DNA of 64,000 bases from Escherichia coli (GCF_016026235.1 NZ_CP065613.1); one strand, 5' to 3'; shown: positions 32,894-43,801, counted from the first letter of the stretch. The notes: a model not told the origin generated them from the sequence alone. Translations and numbers: made by a program.

Positions 32894-32945
32894 TGTCTGT
32901 CGCATCCCGCTCTGCGGAGCGGGTTTTTTTGACAAAATTTGAAAG

Positions 32946-32962
32946 TTGGAAAATTTTTCCAA
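32946..32962. promoter_or_regulatory. AllR-type operator TTGGAAAATTTTTCCAA upstream of gcl
   Basis: Perfect 8-1-8 palindrome 21 bp upstream of the gcl ATG. Confidence 0.7.
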
Positions 32963-32982
32963 TTAATAGGGGTAGGAATAAA

Positions 32983-34764
32983 ATGGCAAAAATGAGAGCC
33001 GTTGACGCGGCAATGTATGTGCTGGAGAAAGAAGGTATCACCACCGCCTTCGGCGTTCCGGGAGCTGCAATCAATCCGTTCTACTCAGCGATGCGTAAGC
33101 ACGGCGGTATTCGTCACATTCTGGCGCGTCATGTGGAAGGTGCTTCGCACATGGCGGAAGGTTATACCCGCGCAACGGCAGGGAATATCGGCGTATGTCT
33201 GGGGACTTCCGGTCCTGCGGGCACGGACATGATCACCGCGCTCTATTCCGCTTCTGCTGATTCCATTCCTATTCTGTGCATTACCGGCCAGGCACCGCGC
33301 GCCCGTCTGCATAAAGAAGATTTTCAGGCTGTTGATATTGAAGCAATTGCTAAACCGGTCAGCAAAATGGCGATTACAGTACGTGAAGCGGCGCTGGTGC
33401 CTCGCGTGCTGCAACAGGCATTTCACCTGATGCGTTCTGGTCGTCCGGGTCCGGTACTGGTGGATTTACCGTTCGACGTTCAGGTTGCGGAAATCGAGTT
33501 TGATCCTGATATGTACGAACCGCTGCCGGTCTACAAACCTGCTGCCAGCCGTATGCAGATCGAAAAAGCTGTAGAAATGTTAATCCAGGCCAAACGTCCG
33601 GTGATTGTTGCCGGGGGCGGGGTAATTAATGCTGACGCAGCTGCACTGTTACAACAGTTTGCTGAACTGACCAGCGTTCCGGTGATCCCAACGCTGATGG
33701 GCTGGGGCTGTATCCCGGACGATCATGAACTGATGGCCGGGATGGTGGGTCTGCAAACCGCGCATCGTTACGGTAACGCAACGTTGCTGGCGTCCGACAT
33801 GGTGTTTGGTATCGGTAACCGTTTTGCTAACCGTCATACCGGTTCGGTAGAGAAATACACCGAAGGGCGCAAAATCGTTCATATCGATATTGAGCCGACG
33901 CAAATTGGTCGCGTGCTGTGTCCGGATCTCGGCATTGTCTCTGATGCTAAAGCGGCGCTGACACTGCTGGTTGAAGTGGCGCAGGAGATGCAAAAAGCGG
34001 GTCGTCTGCCGTGTCGTAAAGAATGGGTCGCCGACTGCCAGCAGCGTAAACGCACTTTGCTGCGCAAAACCCACTTCGACAACGTGCCGGTGAAACCGCA
34101 GCGCGTGTATGAAGAGATGAACAAAGCCTTTGGTCGCGATGTTTGTTATGTCACCACCATTGGTCTGTCACAAATCGCTGCGGCACAAATGCTGCATGTC
34201 TTTAAAGACCGCCACTGGATCAACTGTGGTCAGGCTGGTCCGTTAGGCTGGACGATTCCGGCTGCGCTAGGGGTTTGTGCCGCTGATCCGAAACGCAATG
34301 TGGTGGCGATTTCTGGCGACTTTGACTTCCAGTTCCTGATTGAAGAGTTAGCTGTTGGCGCGCAGTTCAACATTCCGTACATCCATGTGCTGGTCAACAA
34401 CGCTTATCTGGGGCTGATTCGCCAGTCGCAGCGCGCGTTTGATATGGACTACTGCGTGCAACTCGCTTTCGAGAATATCAACTCCAGCGAAGTGAACGGT
34501 TACGGCGTCGACCACGTAAAAGTAGCGGAAGGTTTAGGTTGTAAAGCGATTCGCGTCTTCAAACCGGAAGATATTGCGCCAGCCTTTGAACAGGCGAAAG
34601 CCTTAATGGCGCAATATCGGGTACCGGTAGTCGTGGAAGTTATTCTCGAGCGTGTGACCAATATTTCGATGGGCAGCGAACTGGATAACGTCATGGAATT
34701 TGAAGATATCGCCGATAACGCAGCGGACGCACCGACTGAAACCTGCTTCATGCACTATGAATAA
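32983..34764 (+). CDS. gcl: Glyoxylate carboligase (ThDP-dependent)
   Basis: 593-aa ORF from MAKMRAV; ThDP-enzyme fold; track start at 32893 is an upstream extension. Confidence 0.95.
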   Translation: MAKMRAVDAAMYVLEKEGITTAFGVPGAAINPFYSAMRKHGGIRHILARHVEGASHMAEGYTRATAGNIGVCLGTSGPAGTDMITALYSASADSIPILCITGQAPRARLHKEDFQAVDIEAIAKPVSKMAITVREAALVPRVLQQAFHLMRSGRPGPVLVDLPFDVQVAEIEFDPDMYEPLPVYKPAASRMQIEKAVEMLIQAKRPVIVAGGGVINADAAALLQQFAELTSVPVIPTLMGWGCIPDDHELMAGMVGLQTAHRYGNATLLASDMVFGIGNRFANRHTGSVEKYTEGRKIVHIDIEPTQIGRVLCPDLGIVSDAKAALTLLVEVAQEMQKAGRLPCRKEWVADCQQRKRTLLRKTHFDNVPVKPQRVYEEMNKAFGRDVCYVTTIGLSQIAAAQMLHVFKDRHWINCGQAGPLGWTIPAALGVCAADPKRNVVAISGDFDFQFLIEELAVGAQFNIPYIHVLVNNAYLGLIRQSQRAFDMDYCVQLAFENINSSEVNGYGVDHVKVAEGLGCKAIRVFKPEDIAPAFEQAKALMAQYRVPVVVEVILERVTNISMGSELDNVMEFEDIADNAADAPTETCFMHYE

Positions 34765-34776
34765 GGGAGATAAATA

Positions 34777-35553
34777 ATGTTACGTTTCTCTGCTAATTTA
34801 TCGATGTTATTTGGAGAATATGATTTTCTCGCCCGTTTTGAGAAAGCTGCGCAGTGTGGTTTTCGCGGCGTTGAATTTATGTTTCCTTATGACTACGACA
34901 TTGAAGAATTAAAACAGGTGCTGGCGAGTAATAAACTCGAACATACGCTGCACAATTTACCGGCGGGTGACTGGGCGGCGGGGGAGCGCGGTATTGCCTG
35001 TATTCCTGGCCGTGAAGAAGAGTTTCGGGATGGCGTAGCAGCAGCGATTCGTTATGCCCGTGCGCTGGGTAATAAAAAAATTAACTGTCTGGTCGGTAAA
35101 ACGCCGGCTGGTTTCAGCAGTGAACAGATTCACGCAACGCTTGTAGAAAACCTGCGTTATGCCGCGAATATGCTGATGAAAGAAGATATTTTATTACTGA
35201 TTGAACCTATTAACCATTTTGATATTCCTGGTTTCCATCTCACCGGAACTCGGCAGGCGCTGAAATTGATTGATGATGTTGGTTGCTGCAATTTGAAAAT
35301 TCAGTATGACATTTATCACATGCAGCGGATGGAAGGTGAATTAACCAACACCATGACTCAGTGGGCTGATAAAATTGGTCACCTGCAAATTGCCGATAAT
35401 CCGCATCGCGGCGAACCGGGAACCGGAGAAATTAATTATGATTATCTCTTTAAGGTAATCGAAAATTCTGACTACAACGGTTGGGTTGGGTGTGAATATA
35501 AACCCCAAACCACCACGGAAGCCGGTTTACGCTGGATGGATCCGTACCGTTAA
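34777..35553 (+). CDS. hyi: Hydroxypyruvate isomerase
   Basis: 258-aa ORF (xylose-isomerase-like TIM barrel). Confidence 0.93.
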   Translation: MLRFSANLSMLFGEYDFLARFEKAAQCGFRGVEFMFPYDYDIEELKQVLASNKLEHTLHNLPAGDWAAGERGIACIPGREEEFRDGVAAAIRYARALGNKKINCLVGKTPAGFSSEQIHATLVENLRYAANMLMKEDILLLIEPINHFDIPGFHLTGTRQALKLIDDVGCCNLKIQYDIYHMQRMEGELTNTMTQWADKIGHLQIADNPHRGEPGTGEINYDYLFKVIENSDYNGWVGCEYKPQTTTEAGLRWMDPYR

Positions 35554-35652
35554 AACGTAACGCTATTCAGACAATGCTTTTTTAGGCCGCTAAGTTGGCA
35601 GGGGATCGTGTTGTCTGAATTCAGGAAAAGCGAAATTTAAAAGAGGTTAATT

Positions 35653-36531
35653 ATGAAACTGGGATTTATTGGCTTAGGCATTATGGGTACACCGATGGCC
35701 ATTAATCTGGCGCGTGCCGGTCATCAATTACATGTCACGACCATTGGACCGGTTGCTGATGAATTACTGTCACTGGGTGCCGTCAGTGTTGAAACTGCTC
35801 GCCAGGTAACGGAAGCATCGGACATCATTTTTATTATGGTGCCGGACACACCTCAGGTTGAAGAAGTTCTGTTCGGTGAAAATGGTTGTACCAAAGCCTC
35901 GCTGAAGGGCAAAACCATTGTTGATATGAGCTCCATTTCCCCGATTGAAACTAAGCGTTTCGCTCGTCAGGTGAATGAACTGGGCGGCGATTATCTCGAT
36001 GCGCCAGTCTCCGGCGGTGAAATCGGTGCGCGTGAAGGGACGTTGTCGATTATGGTTGGCGGTGATGAAGCGGTATTTGAACGTGTTAAACCGCTGTTTG
36101 AACTGCTCGGTAAAAATATCACCCTCGTGGGCGGTAACGGCGATGGTCAAACCTGCAAAGTGGCAAATCAGATTATTGTGGCGCTCAATATTGAAGCGGT
36201 TTCTGAAGCCCTGCTATTTGCTTCAAAAGCCGGTGCAGACCCGGTACGTGTGCGCCAGGCGCTGATGGGCGGCTTTGCTTCCTCACGTATTCTGGAAGTT
36301 CACGGTGAGCGCATGATTAAACGCACCTTTAATCCAGGTTTCAAAATTGCGCTGCACCAGAAAGATCTCAACCTGGCACTGCAAAGTGCGAAAGCACTTG
36401 CGCTGAATCTGCCAAACACCGCGACCTGCCAGGAGTTATTTAATACCTGTGCGGCAAACGGTGGCAGCCAGTTGGATCACTCTGCGTTAGTGCAGGCGCT
36501 GGAATTAATGGCGAATCATAAACTGGCCTGA
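35653..36531 (+). CDS. glxR: Tartronate semialdehyde reductase
   Basis: 292-aa ORF with N-terminal GxGxxG (3-hydroxyisobutyrate dehydrogenase family). Confidence 0.93.
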   Translation: MKLGFIGLGIMGTPMAINLARAGHQLHVTTIGPVADELLSLGAVSVETARQVTEASDIIFIMVPDTPQVEEVLFGENGCTKASLKGKTIVDMSSISPIETKRFARQVNELGGDYLDAPVSGGEIGAREGTLSIMVGGDEAVFERVKPLFELLGKNITLVGGNGDGQTCKVANQIIVALNIEAVSEALLFASKAGADPVRVRQALMGGFASSRILEVHGERMIKRTFNPGFKIALHQKDLNLALQSAKALALNLPNTATCQELFNTCAANGGSQLDHSALVQALELMANHKLA

Positions 36532-36699
36532 TACCCGCAATAAAAATGGCCGATATCAGAATATGAATCGGCCAGCAATATTAAAAAAGAAAGCAGCCAA
36601 AGATGTTGCTTCAGTATTAAAAATAATATTTTTATTTTATTTGTTCCTCATAGCTAGATTAAAACAACGTTATTCGATACGTGAAATTAAGAGGGATTT

Positions 36700-38154
36700 A
36701 TGGAACATCAGAGAAAACTATTCCAGCAACGCGGCTATAGCGAAGATCTATTGCCGAAAACGCAAAGCCAGCGGACCTGGAAAACATTTAACTATTTTAC
36801 CTTATGGATGGGTTCGGTTCATAACGTTCCCAATTATGTGATGGTCGGCGGCTTTTTTATTCTCGGCTTGTCTACCTTTAGTATTATGCTGGCAATTATC
36901 CTCAGCGCCTTTTTCATTGCCGCGGTAATGGTATTAAACGGCGCTGCGGGCAGTAAATACGGCGTACCGTTTGCCATGATCCTGCGTGCTTCTTACGGCG
37001 TACGTGGCGCACTGTTTCCCGGATTATTAAGAGGCGGTATTGCTGCCATTATGTGGTTTGGCCTGCAATGTTACGCGGGGTCACTGGCCTGCTTGATTCT
37101 GATTGGCAAAATCTGGCCGGGATTTTTAACTCTCGGTGGTGATTTCACGCTGTTAGGGCTTTCTCTACCGGGCTTAATTACTTTCTTACTCTTCTGGCTG
37201 GTCAACGTTGGTATAGGTTTTGGCGGTGGCAAAGTTTTAAATAAATTCACTGCCATTCTTAACCCGTGCATCTATATCGTTTTCGGCGGTATGGCGATTT
37301 GGGCGATTTCGCTGGTCGGGCTCGGTCCAATCTTTGACTACATTCCGAGCGGTATTCAGAAAGCAGAAAACAGTGGCTTCCTGTTCCTGGTGGTGATAAA
37401 CGCGGTAGTTGCGGTCTGGGCGGCACCGGCGGTGAGCGCATCCGACTTTACGCAAAACGCCCACTCGTTTCGTGAGCAAGCGCTGGGGCAAACGCTGGGT
37501 TTAGTTGTGGCCTATATTCTGTTTGCGGTCGCGGGGGTATGTATTATTGCCGGAGCCAGTATTCATTACGGCGCTGATACCTGGAACGTGCTGGATATTG
37601 TTCAGCGTTGGGACAGCTTGTTCGCCTCGTTCTTTGCGGTACTGGTTATTCTGATGACGACTATCTCCACTAACGCCACCGGTAATATTATTCCTGCCGG
37701 TTATCAGATTGCCGCTATTGCACCGACGAAACTGACTTATAAAAACGGCGTACTGATTGCCAGTATTATCAGCCTGCTGATCTGCCCGTGGAAATTAATG
37801 GAAAATCAGGACAGTATTTATCTGTTCCTCGATATTATCGGCGGAATGCTTGGTCCGGTAATTGGTGTCATGATGGCGCATTATTTTGTGGTGATGCGTG
37901 GGAAAATTAATCTTGATGAACTGTATACCGCACCTGGCGATTATAAATATTACGATAACGGTTTTAACCTCACTGCGTTTTCAGTAACTCTGGTGGCCGT
38001 TATTTTATCTCTTGGCGGTAAGTTTATTCCCTTTATGGAACCGTTATCGCGTGTTTCATGGTTTGTCGGCGTCATCGTCGCCTTTGCGGCCTACGCCTTA
38101 TTAAAGAAACGTACAACAGCAGAAAAAACAGGAGAGCAAAAAACCATAGGTTAA
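36700..38154 (+). CDS. ybbW: NCS1-family putative allantoin permease
   Basis: 484-aa polytopic ORF within the allantoin cluster. Confidence 0.9.
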   Translation: MEHQRKLFQQRGYSEDLLPKTQSQRTWKTFNYFTLWMGSVHNVPNYVMVGGFFILGLSTFSIMLAIILSAFFIAAVMVLNGAAGSKYGVPFAMILRASYGVRGALFPGLLRGGIAAIMWFGLQCYAGSLACLILIGKIWPGFLTLGGDFTLLGLSLPGLITFLLFWLVNVGIGFGGGKVLNKFTAILNPCIYIVFGGMAIWAISLVGLGPIFDYIPSGIQKAENSGFLFLVVINAVVAVWAAPAVSASDFTQNAHSFREQALGQTLGLVVAYILFAVAGVCIIAGASIHYGADTWNVLDIVQRWDSLFASFFAVLVILMTTISTNATGNIIPAGYQIAAIAPTKLTYKNGVLIASIISLLICPWKLMENQDSIYLFLDIIGGMLGPVIGVMMAHYFVVMRGKINLDELYTAPGDYKYYDNGFNLTAFSVTLVAVILSLGGKFIPFMEPLSRVSWFVGVIVAFAAYALLKKRTTAEKTGEQKTIG

Positions 38155-38213
38155 TTAATCCCGATATTGAACATTGAGTTAAAAACCAATCTGTATTTTA
38201 CAAGGAGTTTGTT

Positions 38214-39575
38214 ATGTCTTTTGATTTAATCATTAAAAACGGCACCGTTATTTTAGAAAACGAAGCTCGCGTTGTAGATATCGCCGTTAAAGGCGGAAAA
38301 ATTGCTGCTATCGGTCAGGATCTGGGCGATGCAAAAGAAGTTATGGATGCGTCTGGTCTGGTGGTTTCGCCGGGCATGGTTGATGCGCACACCCATATTT
38401 CTGAACCGGGTCGTAGCCACTGGGAAGGTTATGAAACCGGTACTCGCGCAGCGGCAAAAGGTGGTATCACCACCATGATCGAAATGCCGCTCAACCAGCT
38501 GCCTGCAACGGTTGACCGCGCTTCAATTGAACTGAAGTTCGATGCCGCTAAAGGCAAGCTGACTATCGATGCGGCACAACTCGGTGGCCTGGTGTCTTAC
38601 AACATCGACCGTCTGCATGAGCTGGATGAAGTGGGCGTTGTCGGCTTCAAATGCTTCGTTGCGACCTGTGGCGATCGCGGTATCGACAACGACTTCCGTG
38701 ATGTAAACGACTGGCAGTTCTTCAAAGGTGCGCAGAAGCTGGGCGAACTGGGGCAGCCGGTGTTGGTGCACTGCGAAAACGCGCTGATCTGTGACGCACT
38801 GGGCGAAGAAGCGAAACGTGAAGGTCGCGTAACTGCCCATGACTATGTGGCTTCGCGTCCGGTATTTACCGAAGTGGAAGCGATTCGCCGCGTGCTGTAT
38901 CTGGCGAAAGTTGCCGGTTGCCGTCTGCACGTTTGCCATATCAGCAGCCCGGAAGGTGTTGAAGAAGTGACTCGTGCACGTCAGGAAGGTCAGGATGTTA
39001 CCTGTGAATCCTGCCCGCATTACTTTGTACTGGATACCGATCAGTTCGAAGAAATCGGCACTCTGGCGAAGTGTTCACCGCCGATCCGCGATCTGGAAAA
39101 CCAGAAAGGCATGTGGGAAAAACTGTTTAACGGTGAAATCGACTGCCTGGTTTCCGACCACTCACCATGCCCTCCGGAAATGAAAGCCGGCAACATCATG
39201 GAAGCATGGGGCGGTATTGCCGGTCTGCAAAACTGTATGGACGTGATGTTCGATGAAGCGGTACAGAAACGCGGAATGTCTCTGCCAATGTTCGGCAAAT
39301 TAATGGCGACTAACGCAGCAGATATTTTCGGTCTGCAGCAAAAAGGCCGTATCGCCCCAGGAAAAGATGCCGACTTCGTCTTCATTCAGCCGAATAGCAG
39401 CTATGTTCTTACCAATGACGATCTGGAATATCGCCACAAAGTCAGCCCGTATGTTGGCCGTACCATTGGCGCGCGTATCACGAAAACCATCTTACGTGGT
39501 GATGTGATTTACGACATCGAACAGGGCTTCCCTGTTGCGCCGAAAGGTCAATTTATCCTTAAACATCAGCAGTAA
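38214..39575 (+). CDS. allB: Allantoinase
   Basis: 453-aa ORF (cyclic amidohydrolase with metal-binding His residues). Confidence 0.95.
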   Translation: MSFDLIIKNGTVILENEARVVDIAVKGGKIAAIGQDLGDAKEVMDASGLVVSPGMVDAHTHISEPGRSHWEGYETGTRAAAKGGITTMIEMPLNQLPATVDRASIELKFDAAKGKLTIDAAQLGGLVSYNIDRLHELDEVGVVGFKCFVATCGDRGIDNDFRDVNDWQFFKGAQKLGELGQPVLVHCENALICDALGEEAKREGRVTAHDYVASRPVFTEVEAIRRVLYLAKVAGCRLHVCHISSPEGVEEVTRARQEGQDVTCESCPHYFVLDTDQFEEIGTLAKCSPPIRDLENQKGMWEKLFNGEIDCLVSDHSPCPPEMKAGNIMEAWGGIAGLQNCMDVMFDEAVQKRGMSLPMFGKLMATNAADIFGLQQKGRIAPGKDADFVFIQPNSSYVLTNDDLEYRHKVSPYVGRTIGARITKTILRGDVIYDIEQGFPVAPKGQFILKHQQ

Positions 39576-39631
39576 TCTGGCCCCTGCAATGCCCGTCCTT
39601 GCGGCGGGCATTCTCCGGTTAAGGTGTGTTT

Positions 39632-40933
39632 ATGTTCAATTTTGCAGTCAGCCGCGAAAGCCTGTTATCAGGATTTCAGTGGTTTTTCTTTATTTTTTGC
39701 AACACGGTTGTGGTTCCTCCTACGCTACTTTCTGCTTTTCAGTTGCCGCAAAGTAGCCTGCTTACACTCACACAATATGCTTTTCTTGCTACCGCACTGG
39801 CCTGCTTCGCTCAGGCGTTCTGTGGCCATCGTCGCGCTATTATGGAAGGGCCGGGGGGCCTGTGGTGGGGAACCATCCTAACTATCACCCTTGGCGAAGC
39901 ATCGCGCGGGACACCGATCAACGATATCGCCACCAGCCTGGCAGTGGGGATTGCGCTCTCCGGCGTGCTGACGATGTTGATTGGTTTTAGCGGATTAGGC
40001 CATCGCCTGGCACGGTTATTTACGCCGTCGGTGATGGTCTTGTTTATGTTGATGCTGGGCGCACAGCTGACCACTATCTTTTTCAAAGGTATGCTCGGGC
40101 TGCCGTTTGGCATAGCCGACCCAAATTTTAAAATTCAGTTACCACCGTTCGCGCTCTCGGTGGCGGTGATGTGCCTGGTACTGGCGATGATTATTTTCCT
40201 GCCGCAACGTTTTGCCCGTTATGGCCTGCTGGTCGGTACGATAACCGGCTGGTTGTTGTGGTACTTTTGCTTTCCTTCTTCGCATTCGCTCTCCGGTGAG
40301 TTGCACTGGCAGTGGTTTCCGCTCGGCAGTGGCGGTGCTTTGTCGCCGGGAATTATTCTGACGGCGGTGATTACAGGTCTGGTAAATATCAGCAATACCT
40401 ACGGTGCGATTCGGGGCACGGATGTTTTTTATCCGCAGCAGGGCGCGGGGAATACGCGTTATCGTCGTAGCTTTGTGGCGACCGGATTTATGACACTGAT
40501 AACCATACCGCTGGCGGTAATTCCATTTTCACCGTTTGTTTCATCCATTGGTTTATTAACCCAGACTGGCGATTACACGCGGCGTTCGTTTATTTATGGC
40601 AGCGTTATTTGCCTGCTGGTGGCGCTGGTTCCTGCACTCACGCGACTGTTTTGCAGTATCCCTTTACCCGTGAGTAGTGCGGTCATGCTGGTTTCTTATC
40701 TGCCTTTACTCTTTTCCGCGCTGGTGTTTAGCCAGCAAATAACGTTTACCGCTCGCAATATTTATCGACTCGCATTGCCGTTATTTGTCGGCATATTTTT
40801 AATGGCATTACCGCCTGTGTATCTGCAAGACCTTCCATTAACGCTTCGTCCTCTGCTCAGTAACGGCTTATTGGTCGGGATTTTACTGGCTGTTCTTATG
40901 GATAACCTTATTCCGTGGGAACGCATCGAATAA
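39632..40933 (+). CDS. ybbY: NCS2-family putative purine/xanthine permease
   Basis: 433-aa polytopic ORF from the ATG at 39632 (AAGG RBS 7 nt upstream); the track start at 39626 is a GTG two codons earlier. Confidence 0.85.
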   Translation: MFNFAVSRESLLSGFQWFFFIFCNTVVVPPTLLSAFQLPQSSLLTLTQYAFLATALACFAQAFCGHRRAIMEGPGGLWWGTILTITLGEASRGTPINDIATSLAVGIALSGVLTMLIGFSGLGHRLARLFTPSVMVLFMLMLGAQLTTIFFKGMLGLPFGIADPNFKIQLPPFALSVAVMCLVLAMIIFLPQRFARYGLLVGTITGWLLWYFCFPSSHSLSGELHWQWFPLGSGGALSPGIILTAVITGLVNISNTYGAIRGTDVFYPQQGAGNTRYRRSFVATGFMTLITIPLAVIPFSPFVSSIGLLTQTGDYTRRSFIYGSVICLLVALVPALTRLFCSIPLPVSSAVMLVSYLPLLFSALVFSQQITFTARNIYRLALPLFVGIFLMALPPVYLQDLPLTLRPLLSNGLLVGILLAVLMDNLIPWERIE

Positions 40934-40954
40934 TTTGTTGAAAAAGGATTGATA

Positions 40955-42100
40955 ATGAAGATTGTCATTGCGCCAGACTCTTTTAAAGAGAGCTTAAGTG
41001 CAGAAAAATGTTGTCAGGCAATTAAAGCCGGGTTTTCGACCCTCTTTCCCGATGCGCACTATATCTGTTTACCGATAGCGGATGGCGGCGAAGGGACAGT
41101 GGATGCGATGGTCGCCGCGACGGGCGGCAACATCGTGACACTTGAAGTCTGCGGGCCGATGGGCGAAAAAGTGAATGCTTTTTATGGCCTTACCGGCGAC
41201 GGGAAAACGGCGGTGATTGAGATGGCGGCAGCAAGTGGCCTGATGCTGGTCGCACCTGAAAAGCGTAATCCGTTGCTGGCCTCCAGTTTTGGTACGGGGG
41301 AGTTAATTCGTCATGCGCTGGATAACGGCATTCGCCATATTATTCTCGGCATTGGCGGCAGTGCGACGGTCGACGGCGGTATGGGCATGGCGCAGGCGCT
41401 TGGTGTGCGTTTTCTCGATGCCGACGGTCAGGTGCTGGCAGCTAACGGCGGCAATTTAGCGCGCGTGGCAAGCATTGAGATGGAGGAATGCGATCCGCGT
41501 CTGGCGAACTGCCATATTGAAGTAGCATGTGACGTTGATAACCCGCTGGTAGGGGCACGCGGCGCGGCGGCGGTGTTTGGCCCGCAAAAAGGGGCAACGC
41601 CGGAGATGGTCGAAGAGCTGGAACAGGGGCTGCAAAATTACGCCCGTGTTTTACAACAGCAAACTGAAATTAATGTCTGTCAGATGGCGGGCGGCGGCGC
41701 TGCGGGCGGTATGGGTATTGCGGCGGCGGTATTCCTCAATGCGGATATTAAACCGGGTATTGAGATTGTACTGCGGGCGGTCAACCTGGAGCAGGCGGTG
41801 CAGGGCGCAGCACTGGTGATCACAGGGGAAGGGCGCATCGACTCGCAAACGGCAGGCGGTAAAGCGCCGCTGGGCGTTGCGTCGGTGGCGAAGCAGTTTA
41901 ATGTACCGGTGATTGGGATTGCTGGCGTATTGGGTGATGGCGTGGAAGTGGTACACCAGTACGGCATTGATGCGGTATTCAGCATTTTGCCACGTCTGGC
42001 ACCTTTAGCCGAAGTGCTCGCCAGCGGTGAAACCAATCTCTTCAACAGCGCGCGAAATATTGCCTGCGCCATTAAAATAGGTCAGGGAATTAAAAACTGA
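40955..42100 (+). CDS. glxK: Glycerate kinase
   Basis: 381-aa ORF from [11 protein letters not shown] (AAGGA RBS). Confidence 0.93.
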   Translation: MKIVIAPDSFKESLSAEKCCQAIKAGFSTLFPDAHYICLPIADGGEGTVDAMVAATGGNIVTLEVCGPMGEKVNAFYGLTGDGKTAVIEMAAASGLMLVAPEKRNPLLASSFGTGELIRHALDNGIRHIILGIGGSATVDGGMGMAQALGVRFLDADGQVLAANGGNLARVASIEMEECDPRLANCHIEVACDVDNPLVGARGAAAVFGPQKGATPEMVEELEQGLQNYARVLQQQTEINVCQMAGGGAAGGMGIAAAVFLNADIKPGIEIVLRAVNLEQAVQGAALVITGEGRIDSQTAGGKAPLGVASVAKQFNVPVIGIAGVLGDGVEVVHQYGIDAVFSILPRLAPLAEVLASGETNLFNSARNIACAIKIGQGIKN

Positions 42101-42117
42101 CCCTTACCTTTAAAGCG

Positions 42118-42144
42118 GATGCGATTTATTTCGCATCTTTTTTT
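42118..42144 (+). terminator. Rho-independent terminator of glxK
   Basis: Stem gatgcga / tcgcatc with loop tttatt, followed by 7 T. Confidence 0.75.
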
Positions 42145-42147
42145 ACC

Positions 42148-42156
42148 TGAATTTAC
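42148..42156. repeat. Target-site duplication TGAATTTAC (left) of the IS1 insertion
   Basis: Identical 9-mer at 42925-42933 directly flanking the other IS1 end. Confidence 0.9.
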
Positions 42157-42211
42157 GGTAATGCTGCCAACTTACTGATTTAGTGTATGATGGTGATTTT
42201 AAGGTGCTTGC

Positions 42212-42487
42212 GTGGCTTCCATTTCCATCAGATGTCCTTCCTGCTCCGCTACTGAAGGCGTGGTGCGTAACGGCAAAAGCACTGCCGGACATCAGCGCTA
42301 TCTCTGCTCTCATTGCCGTAAAACATGGCAACTACAGTTCACTTACACCGCCTCTCAGCCCGGTACGCACCAGAAAATCATTGATATGGCCATGAATGGC
42401 GTCGGATGTCGCGCCAGTGCACGCATTATGGGCGTTGGCCTCAACACGGTTTTACGTCACTTAAAAAACTCAGGCCGCAGTCGGTAA
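42212..42487 (+). CDS. insA: IS1 InsA (transposition inhibitor / N-terminal part of transposase)
   Basis: 91-aa ORF, GTG start, zinc-finger CxxC...CxxC and HTH; recognised as InsA with several substitutions relative to the K-12 copies as I recall them. Confidence 0.9.
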   Translation: MASISIRCPSCSATEGVVRNGKSTAGHQRYLCSHCRKTWQLQFTYTASQPGTHQKIIDMAMNGVGCRASARIMGVGLNTVLRHLKNSGRSR

Positions 42488-42909
42488 CCTCGCGCATACA
42501 GCCGGGCAGTGACGTCATCGTCTGCGCTGAAATGGACGAACAGTGGGGCTACGTCGGTGCTAAATCACGTCAGCGCTGGCTGTTTTACGCGTATGACAGG
42601 ATACGGAGGACGGTTGTGGCGCACGTCTTCGGTGAACGCACTCTGGCCACACTGGAGCGTCTTCTGAGCCTGCTGTCGGCCTTTGAGGTCGTGGTATAGA
42701 TGACGGATGGCTGGCCGCTGTATGAATCACGCCTGAAGGGAAAGCTGCACGTTATCAGCAAGCGTTACACTCAGCGCATTGAGCGACATAATCTGAATCT
42801 GAGACAACATCTGGCAAGGCTGGGACGGAAGTTACTGTCGTTCTCAAAATCGGTGGAGTTGCATGACAAGGTCATCGGGCATTATCTGAACATAAAACAC
42901 TATCAGTAA
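42406..42909 (+). pseudogene. insB: IS1 insB frame interrupted by an in-frame amber codon (TAG at 42697-42699)
   Basis: The -1 frame relative to insA is open from 42406 but stops at TAG 42697-42699 (...AFEVVV* then MTDGW...); canonical IS1 has TGG (Trp) there as I recall. Confidence 0.7.
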
Positions 42910-42924
42910 GTTGGAGTCATTACC

Positions 42925-42933
42925 TGAATTTAC
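42925..42933. repeat. Target-site duplication TGAATTTAC (right) of the IS1 insertion
   Basis: Identical to 42148-42156. Confidence 0.9.
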
Positions 42934-42936
42934 TAC

Positions 42937-42963
42937 AAAAAAAGCCACGGTATAAACCGTGGC
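42937..42963 (-). terminator. Rho-independent terminator of allE
   Basis: On the minus strand: stem gccacgg / ccgtggc with loop, followed by 7 T (A-run at 42937-42943 on plus). Confidence 0.7.
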
Positions 42964-43005
42964 AAAATCCAACATAGCTAAAAATAATCAGGCGAGTGGT
43001 ATGAC

Positions 43006-43791
43006 TTAAATCTCTACGTCGCGGTTGCAATCTTTCGAGTAAATATAGCTGAACGCTTCACCACGCCCTACGCCATAACCAGCCTGTAAAGAATAAGCGC
43101 CCATAAAGATGTAATCGCCTTTTTTCACCGGGATCCAGTTATTGTCGAGGTTATAAACCCCCTGACCGGAAAGAATATAGGCACCGTGTTCCTGAACGTG
43201 TGTTTCGATATAACCATGGCTGGCACTTGGTGCAAAAGAGAGGATATGCATGTTCATATCAAAACCTAACTCTTTGGGCAGAAAATCCAGCAGGATCACA
43301 TCATCCATACCTTCATAGTGAATGCGTTCCAGTTCGCTGGCATTGCCAGAAACCAGCCACGGTGCATGGCCTTCTACCGGAACATAGCGGCGCTTATATA
43401 AAAAGATTTGGCTGTCTTCGGACTGGGCGTTAACAAACGTCATTAAGGAGCCTGGCGGGCAATAAAGATAGCCACCTTCGCTTAAGGCAAATGTTTTGCC
43501 TTCGGCTTTGGCAGTGATATTTCCAGAGATCACATACAGGAACGTTTCAATGCCTTCGCCACCGAAGCCCTGTTGGTTGCCACCGTTTTGATGCAGTGTG
43601 ACCAGATAATCAACAAAAGAGGCACCCAGCTTTGGCGTGGAGAGGATTGTCGCGTCACAATTTTCAAAGCCCGGAATAATATTTTTTACCAGACCGTCTG
43701 GTGTTAACAGTGCGAAATTACCGTGTTTCACAATCGCACGGTTAGCCAGTAAATCATCGCGGTAACCGGTGACGTTATTTAAATATCCCAT
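43006..43791 (-). CDS. allE: (S)-ureidoglycine aminohydrolase (bicupin)
   Basis: 261-aa ORF recognised as YlbA/AllE. Confidence 0.9.
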   Translation of the reverse strand: MGYLNNVTGYRDDLLANRAIVKHGNFALLTPDGLVKNIIPGFENCDATILSTPKLGASFVDYLVTLHQNGGNQQGFGGEGIETFLYVISGNITAKAEGKTFALSEGGYLYCPPGSLMTFVNAQSEDSQIFLYKRRYVPVEGHAPWLVSGNASELERIHYEGMDDVILLDFLPKELGFDMNMHILSFAPSASHGYIETHVQEHGAYILSGQGVYNLDNNWIPVKKGDYIFMGAYSLQAGYGVGRGEAFSYIYSKDCNRDVEI

Positions 43792-43801
43792 TTATGACTC
43801 C

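Larger units (their letters stand above)
42157..42924 (+). mobile_element. IS1-family insertion sequence (768 bp) with terminal inverted repeats ggtaatg...cattacc
   Basis: Exactly 768 bp between inverted ends ggtaatgctgccaacttactgat / atcagtaagttggagtcattacc; encodes insA and insB with an A6C frameshift motif at 42463-42469; flanked by 9-bp direct repeats; sequence is a variant of canonical IS1. Confidence 0.95.
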
